NCBI GenBank assembly: GCA_964590105.1
Contig: CAZPYM010000003.1
Coordinates: 72,179-136,178, forward strand
Source: an uncultured Gammaproteobacteria bacterium
GTDB taxonomy: Bacteria > Patescibacteriota > Patescibacteriia > UBA11705 > JABHMO01
Direction: 5' to 3'
Length of the DNA: 64,000 bases
The notes beneath the pieces are model-generated. The model did no database searches and was not told the origin of the DNA. It was given only the letters and a program-made list of their open reading frames with translations. Below are positions 59,018-64,000 of this stretch, one piece after another; position 1 is the first letter of the stretch, and each line of letters opens with the position of its first letter. The translations under genes and the position numbers were made by a program.

Positions 59018-60823
59018 ATGAACAAAGAACAGTTAGAATTAATGCGTCATTCGCTTAGCCACATAATGGCTGAGGCAGTACTTAAATTTTACCCAAACGC
59101 CAAGCTGGCAATCGGGCCGGCGATTGAAAACGGCTTTTACTATGACTTTGATTTGGGGGATGAAGCCTTTTCAAAAGATGATTTAAAGAAAATTGAAAAA
59201 GAAATGAGAAAAATTGTCAGTGCCGATCAAAAATTTGAGCATTTTAATTTACCGATTGACGAAGCTAAAGAAAAACTGGCGGGCAATCCTTACAAACTGG
59301 AAATGGTGGATCAATTGGCGGTTGAGGGAGAAAAAGAAATTAGTTTTTACAAAAATCTTGATCAGGATGGCAATGAAGTTTTTGTTGACATGTGCCGCGG
59401 TCCGCACGTTGCCTCAACAAAACAAGTCGGCGCTTTCAAACTGCACAAAGTTGCCGGCGCATACTGGCGGGGAGACGAAAAAAATAAAATGCTTCAGCGT
59501 ATTTACGGGTTAGCTTTTGAAACGCGGGAAGAAATTGAGAAATATTTAAAACTGCTCGAAGAAGCGGAAAAGCGCGATCATCGGGTGATTGGCAAAGACT
59601 TGTTTTTGCTTGATCCGATGGTCGGACTTGGACTCGCCATGTGGAAGCCAAAAGGCGCTCTGCTCTGGCACATTATGGAAGATTTTTGGTACCAAGCGCA
59701 TCTGCGGGCAGGTTATCAACTGGTTAGATCGCCACATATTGGCTCGCGGCAATTGTGGGAAACTTCAGGGCATTGGAATTTTTATAATGACAGCATGTAT
59801 CCGGCGATTGAAGTCAGCAAATCATTGAAAGAAGTGCAGCTGGGACAAACAGTCGACCGGCCAAAAGAAGAATATCTGTTAAAGCCGATGAATTGCCCAT
59901 TTCATGTTCAGCTGTATAAAGCAGAAATGTGGTCGTACAAGGATCTGCCTTTGCGCTGGGCTGAATGCGGTACGGTTTACCGATATGAAAAATCAGGAGA
60001 GCTTTCCGGCCTGGTGCGCGTTCGCGGTTTTACCCAGGATGACGCGCATATTATTTGCACAAAAGATCAGGTAGAGCAGGAATTAGTCAGAGTTGCGGAA
60101 TTTATTAAATATATATTTGAAACATTTGGCTTCAAAGAATATAAGATCTGTTTGTCGCTTCGCGACCCTCAAAACAAAGATAAGTACGCCGGCAATGACA
60201 GCGGTTGGGAATTTACAGAGGCGGTCATGGAAAAGGTCGCTGGACAGCTGGGCGTGGAATATGAAAAAGAGCTTGGCGAAGCGGCGTTTTACGGGCCGAA
60301 ACTAGATTATAAGATAAAAGATGTGCTTGGTCGCGAGTGGCAATGTTCAACTCTGCAGTTTGATTTTAATCTGCCTGAGAAATTTAAAATGACTTATATT
60401 AATAATGAAGGGAAAGAAGAACAGCCATTTATGTTGCACCGGGCTTTGTTCGGTTCGTTTGAGCGATTTGTCGGTTTATTGATTGAGCACTATGCCGGCG
60501 CTTTTCCATTGTGGTTGTCGCCAGAACAAGTCCGTGTTTTGCCGGTATCGGAAAAGTTTGATGATTATGCCAAAGAAGTTGTGGAAGAGTTGATAAAAAA
60601 TGGCTTGCGCGCAAGGCTGGATAGTGAGAGTGAATCTCTGCCAAAGAGAATCAGAAACGGAGAAAAAGCCAAGGTGCCATATTTATTGGTTGTCGGAGAA
60701 AAAGAAGCGGCTGATCGGACAGTGGCGGTGCGTCAGCGGTCGCAGGGAGATTTGGGCGCAAGAGCGATTGCTGAATTTATTTCAGAGGCAGTTCAGGCAA
60801 ATGAGAAAAAAATAATTTGGTAA
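59018..60823 (+). CDS. thrS: Threonyl-tRNA synthetase (no N-terminal TGS domain)
   Basis: RHSLSH, CRGPH, LKPMNCP, RVRGFTQDDAH, AFYGPK, LIEHYAG. Confidence 0.99.
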   Translation: MNKEQLELMRHSLSHIMAEAVLKFYPNAKLAIGPAIENGFYYDFDLGDEAFSKDDLKKIEKEMRKIVSADQKFEHFNLPIDEAKEKLAGNPYKLEMVDQLAVEGEKEISFYKNLDQDGNEVFVDMCRGPHVASTKQVGAFKLHKVAGAYWRGDEKNKMLQRIYGLAFETREEIEKYLKLLEEAEKRDHRVIGKDLFLLDPMVGLGLAMWKPKGALLWHIMEDFWYQAHLRAGYQLVRSPHIGSRQLWETSGHWNFYNDSMYPAIEVSKSLKEVQLGQTVDRPKEEYLLKPMNCPFHVQLYKAEMWSYKDLPLRWAECGTVYRYEKSGELSGLVRVRGFTQDDAHIICTKDQVEQELVRVAEFIKYIFETFGFKEYKICLSLRDPQNKDKYAGNDSGWEFTEAVMEKVAGQLGVEYEKELGEAAFYGPKLDYKIKDVLGREWQCSTLQFDFNLPEKFKMTYINNEGKEEQPFMLHRALFGSFERFVGLLIEHYAGAFPLWLSPEQVRVLPVSEKFDDYAKEVVEELIKNGLRARLDSESESLPKRIRNGEKAKVPYLLVVGEKEAADRTVAVRQRSQGDLGARAIAEFISEAVQANEKKIIW

Positions 60824-60824
60824 T

Positions 60825-60862
60825 AAAAAAGACCCCGTCTCTGGCGAGAGACTGGGGTCTTG
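60825..60862. terminator. Terminator between convergent genes
   Basis: aagaccccgtctct-ggcg-agagactggggtctt. Confidence 0.7.
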
Positions 60863-60864
60863 TG

Positions 60865-61503
60865 TTAGTTCGTGTCGGCCAACGCCGACGTCTTGTCGAA
60901 GTGCCGGCGGAACATCCTGAGGATGATGAAGAAGAAGACTTCTCCCTTGAATAGTACGAAGGGGACATCCTCTTCCGGCACTTCTTTTTTGAACTCGGGC
61001 CGCAGAAAAAAGACCTTTTGGGGCCGTTCGTTTCTCGGCAGAGTGAATTGCGCGTGCGCGCTTTCCAGGTCAAAGCCCTGAATCAGGCTCTGGCCACTCA
61101 CGGCGGCTCGACTCCACAGGGCCTGTTCTTCGTCGGCAATGTCATACTTGGTCGGCTGATGAGACTCTTTGAACTCAGCTCTCACCGACTTGATGATTTC
61201 ATATTCAAGATCAGGGAACATGTCCATGAGCGGCTGCAACGCCCGGTAAAGCCGGTTGTGCTCGCGGGGCGAAACCAGTTTTTCACGGAGCAGCATGTCA
61301 ATATAGGTGTCGAGAAGGTGTTCTTTTCGCACGGGCTGTCCACCTCCTTTTGGCTTTTCAATTTGCTTCTTCTCAGGCCGGCAAAACTGCAGGAGCTTGC
61401 CGGGCGCTTGTTTTTCTCTGTTCTCTCCAGTAATACCCGCTTCGTGGTTCTGGCTGAAAGAGATAAAGACAACGGACTGGTCAGTCCGAGCTTGTTTGTT
61501 CAT
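60865..61503 (-). CDS. Hypothetical protein (orphan, GC-elevated)
   Basis: GGAGGT SD, TTGACA-17-AATAAT promoter on minus strand. Confidence 0.7.
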   Translation of the reverse strand: MNKQARTDQSVVFISFSQNHEAGITGENREKQAPGKLLQFCRPEKKQIEKPKGGGQPVRKEHLLDTYIDMLLREKLVSPREHNRLYRALQPLMDMFPDLEYEIIKSVRAEFKESHQPTKYDIADEEQALWSRAAVSGQSLIQGFDLESAHAQFTLPRNERPQKVFFLRPEFKKEVPEEDVPFVLFKGEVFFFIILRMFRRHFDKTSALADTN

Positions 61504-61645
61504 CGTAACCTCCAATTGTCAGAGAGTAAACCCTAACAAGGTATTATTGCATTTTTTTACTGAGTTGTCAAGGCCTTAAAAAATTTATAAATTTAGGGTA
61601 TAATGGGGACAGTTAACAAATAAAGCTATAATCAGAAAATATTGT

Positions 61646-63712
61646 ATGAAAAAAGCATATTTATTAATCGGATTTTTAATCATTAGTTTTGTCATAACTA
61701 ATAGCTCACTTGCGGCGGCTGATCCTTATTATTACAAACAGTGGTATCTGCCGCAAATAAAAGCACCTGAAGCCTGGACTGTTACCAAGGGGAGCACCAA
61801 TATTATTGTGGCGGTTTTGGATACAGGACTCGACATGGAGCATCCTGATATCAAAGATAACATTTGGCGGAACCTTGATGAGATTCCCGGCGACAAAATT
61901 GACAATGATGGAAACGGTTATATTGATGATGTGAACGGCTGGGACTTCGTTGACAAGAACAACACTCCGTCTCCAAAATTAAGCGGAAAATATTCTGTGC
62001 CGGCTGTTGATCATGGCACTTTTGTGGCGGGATTAATTTCTGCGGTTCACGACAATGGCCAAGGAATAAAAGGCGTTACCGCCAATGTGAAAATTATGCC
62101 TCTGCGCGTTTTGGATTCAGAGGGCTATGGTACTTCAGCCACAGTTACTTCGGCAATGGATTACGCGATAAAAAATGGCGCTGATATTATTAATCTTAGT
62201 TTTGGCGGATATGATTATAGTAGCAGTCTAAAAAATAAAATCAGCGAAGCGTATAGCAAAGGCATTTTGATAGTGGCGGCGGCGGGCAATATGGCTGATT
62301 CTACGGCCAGCACTGGAGTTGATTTGACTGATAAACCGATTTATCCGATTTGTTATGATCAGCAATTTACTGAAAATAAAATTCTGGGAGTAGTGGCCAG
62401 CACCAAGCAAAATAAGCCGGCTGCTTTTTCCAATTACGGTAAGGGCTGTATTGACATTGCCGCTCCGGGCGAGGATTTTATCGGACTTGTTTATCATGAT
62501 AATGAAAAAGCAAATTTAAGCGCCTATTACGAAGAGGGCTGGAATGGCAATTCTTTTTCCGCGGCTTTGGTTTCAGGAGCGGCGGCTTTATTAAAATCAG
62601 TAAAACCGGAATTAACGCCAAAGCAATTGATTGAAACATTAATGCAGGAAAGCGGCCTGCTCATCATTGACAATCCCAAATATAATGGTAAGGTAGGTGC
62701 TGGACTATTGGACATCAAAAAGGCTTTGGACAAAGTGTATACTCCGGCAGTGACTACGACGCCGGTTGTCGCGACACCGGTAACCGGAACGACCCCAACA
62801 CCGATTGTTTCCAATGCGCAAATTATTGTTTCGACAAAAGCCAAGGGCCTTAGTTCAGTCATGATTTACAATTCAAGTTTAACTAGAATCAATGAAATAG
62901 AAGTGTTAAAGGGAGAAGAATTTCAAGGATTGAATGTTCAGGTGGCGGATGTTAATGGCGGCGATAAGGAAATCATAGTTGGAGCGGCCAGGGGCGCCAC
63001 GCCTTTTGTGCGAGTGCTTGATTCAAACGGCACAATTGTCAGTAGTTTTCTCGGCTTTGACGCCAATTTCAAGGGCGGCGTGGAAGTGGCGGCTGGCGAT
63101 ATTGACGCGGATGGCCAGGTGGAGATTATTGTCGCTCCGGAATCAGGCTATGCTCCGGTAATCAAAATTTTTGATTTAAATGGTAAACTTAAAAAAGAAT
63201 TTTACGCTTATAATGAAAGCTTTACAAACGGAATAAACGTGGCGGTGGGAGATGTTGACGCGGACGGCAAGCCGGATATAGTAGTGGCGCCGCACCAGGG
63301 TTTGATGCCCAAAATAAAAATTTTTGACGGGCAGGGAACTCTGAAAAAAGAACTGGTTGTTTACAGCCCGCAATTTACCGGCGGCGTAAACATTGCTCTT
63401 GCCAATGTTAATGGTACGGGGCCGCTTGAAATCATCACTGGCGCAGGACCTGGCGGCGGGCCTCATGTGCAGGTGCTGACTTATCAGGGAACAAAGCTGG
63501 CCAGCTTTATGGCTTACAGTGCGAGTTTTACCGGCGGAGTGGAAGTGGCGGCCGGCGACTGGAATGGCGACGGAAATATTGAAATCATTACCGCGGCCGG
63601 ACCGGGCGGCGGGCCGCACGTAAAGATTTTTAATAGTTGGGGCGGCTATTTGAATCAATTTTTTCCATTACCAAACACTTTTACGAATGGAATTAATATA
63701 GCGATTAAATGA
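61646..63712 (+). CDS. Secreted S8 (subtilisin-like) peptidase with FG-GAP/VCBS-like repeats
   Basis: Signal peptide, VLDTG, HGTFVAG, AAGN, GNSFSAA; T/P linker; GDxDxDG and GPGGGPHV repeats. Confidence 0.92.
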   Translation: MKKAYLLIGFLIISFVITNSSLAAADPYYYKQWYLPQIKAPEAWTVTKGSTNIIVAVLDTGLDMEHPDIKDNIWRNLDEIPGDKIDNDGNGYIDDVNGWDFVDKNNTPSPKLSGKYSVPAVDHGTFVAGLISAVHDNGQGIKGVTANVKIMPLRVLDSEGYGTSATVTSAMDYAIKNGADIINLSFGGYDYSSSLKNKISEAYSKGILIVAAAGNMADSTASTGVDLTDKPIYPICYDQQFTENKILGVVASTKQNKPAAFSNYGKGCIDIAAPGEDFIGLVYHDNEKANLSAYYEEGWNGNSFSAALVSGAAALLKSVKPELTPKQLIETLMQESGLLIIDNPKYNGKVGAGLLDIKKALDKVYTPAVTTTPVVATPVTGTTPTPIVSNAQIIVSTKAKGLSSVMIYNSSLTRINEIEVLKGEEFQGLNVQVADVNGGDKEIIVGAARGATPFVRVLDSNGTIVSSFLGFDANFKGGVEVAAGDIDADGQVEIIVAPESGYAPVIKIFDLNGKLKKEFYAYNESFTNGINVAVGDVDADGKPDIVVAPHQGLMPKIKIFDGQGTLKKELVVYSPQFTGGVNIALANVNGTGPLEIITGAGPGGGPHVQVLTYQGTKLASFMAYSASFTGGVEVAAGDWNGDGNIEIITAAGPGGGPHVKIFNSWGGYLNQFFPLPNTFTNGINIAIK

Positions 63713-63826
63713 GAAGGTAAAAGCTAAAAAGTAAAAGTTAAAAGTTTTCGTCAAGGATAAATTCGTCTATGGCGAAAAGCAAGTTAACCAATTAGCTAGT
63801 TAGCTAATCAACTAGTCAACTGCCAT

Positions 63827-64000
63827 ATGATTGAAGGAGTGAAAATTAAACAGCTAAAAAAGTTTTGCGATGATCGTGGTTTTTTTGCTGAAATTATCAA
63901 GGAGGGCGAAGACTCTTTTTGCCAGGTAAAACAAACAAGCTATACGGAAACTCATCCTGGCGTGATCAAAGCTTTTCATTGGCACAAGCGCCAGTGGGAC
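63827..64000 (+). CDS. dTDP-4-dehydrorhamnose 3,5-epimerase family (RmlC/SpsL-like), runs off window edge
   Basis: MIEGVKIKQLKKFCDDRGFFAE...PGVIKAFHWH. Confidence 0.88.
   Translation, partial: MIEGVKIKQLKKFCDDRGFFAEIIKEGEDSFCQVKQTSYTETHPGVIKAFHWHKRQWD

Noticed and set aside
61018-61536. 172-aa + strand ORF
   Set aside because: Antisense to the ORF that has the promoter and SD; likely a shadow in GC-richer DNA
1-64000. Alternative genetic code (TGA=Gly)
   Set aside because: TGA ends adk, recO, ppsA and the S8 gene at expected positions, and conserved genes have no in-frame TGA

Overview
Mostly + strand, AT-rich housekeeping region of a bacterium using genetic code 11. It is probably Patescibacteria/CPR (inferred from: no rpmD between rpsE and rplO, few Shine-Dalgarno sites, DUF4012 and S8/FG-GAP proteins). 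It holds a MacAB-type pair, rpmB, the str/S10/spc cluster through secY-adk-map, ruvX-recO, an accessory block (22.7-26.9 kb) beside tRNA-Ile(UAU)/tRNA-Val(GAC), valS-tyrS-argS, tRNA-Leu(GAG), pyk-ppsA, three GT2 genes, dnaE and dtd-thrS. Most notable: (1) a candidate Thr T-box with an ultrashort Stem I and an intrinsic terminator ahead of dtd-thrS; (2) ValRS with inserted histidine-phosphatase and ASCH domains; (3) pervasive inverted short-repeat arrays and REP-like palindromes, some in frame inside valS, argS and dtd, plus a four-helix-bundle gene remnant; (4) a radical SAM gene bracketed by two synonymously diverged copies of an antiporter 3' end; (5) tRNA-Ile with a UAU anticodon; (6) orphan genes each with a consensus promoter, SD and terminator. 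All calls were made by eye, with no database searches or folding software.
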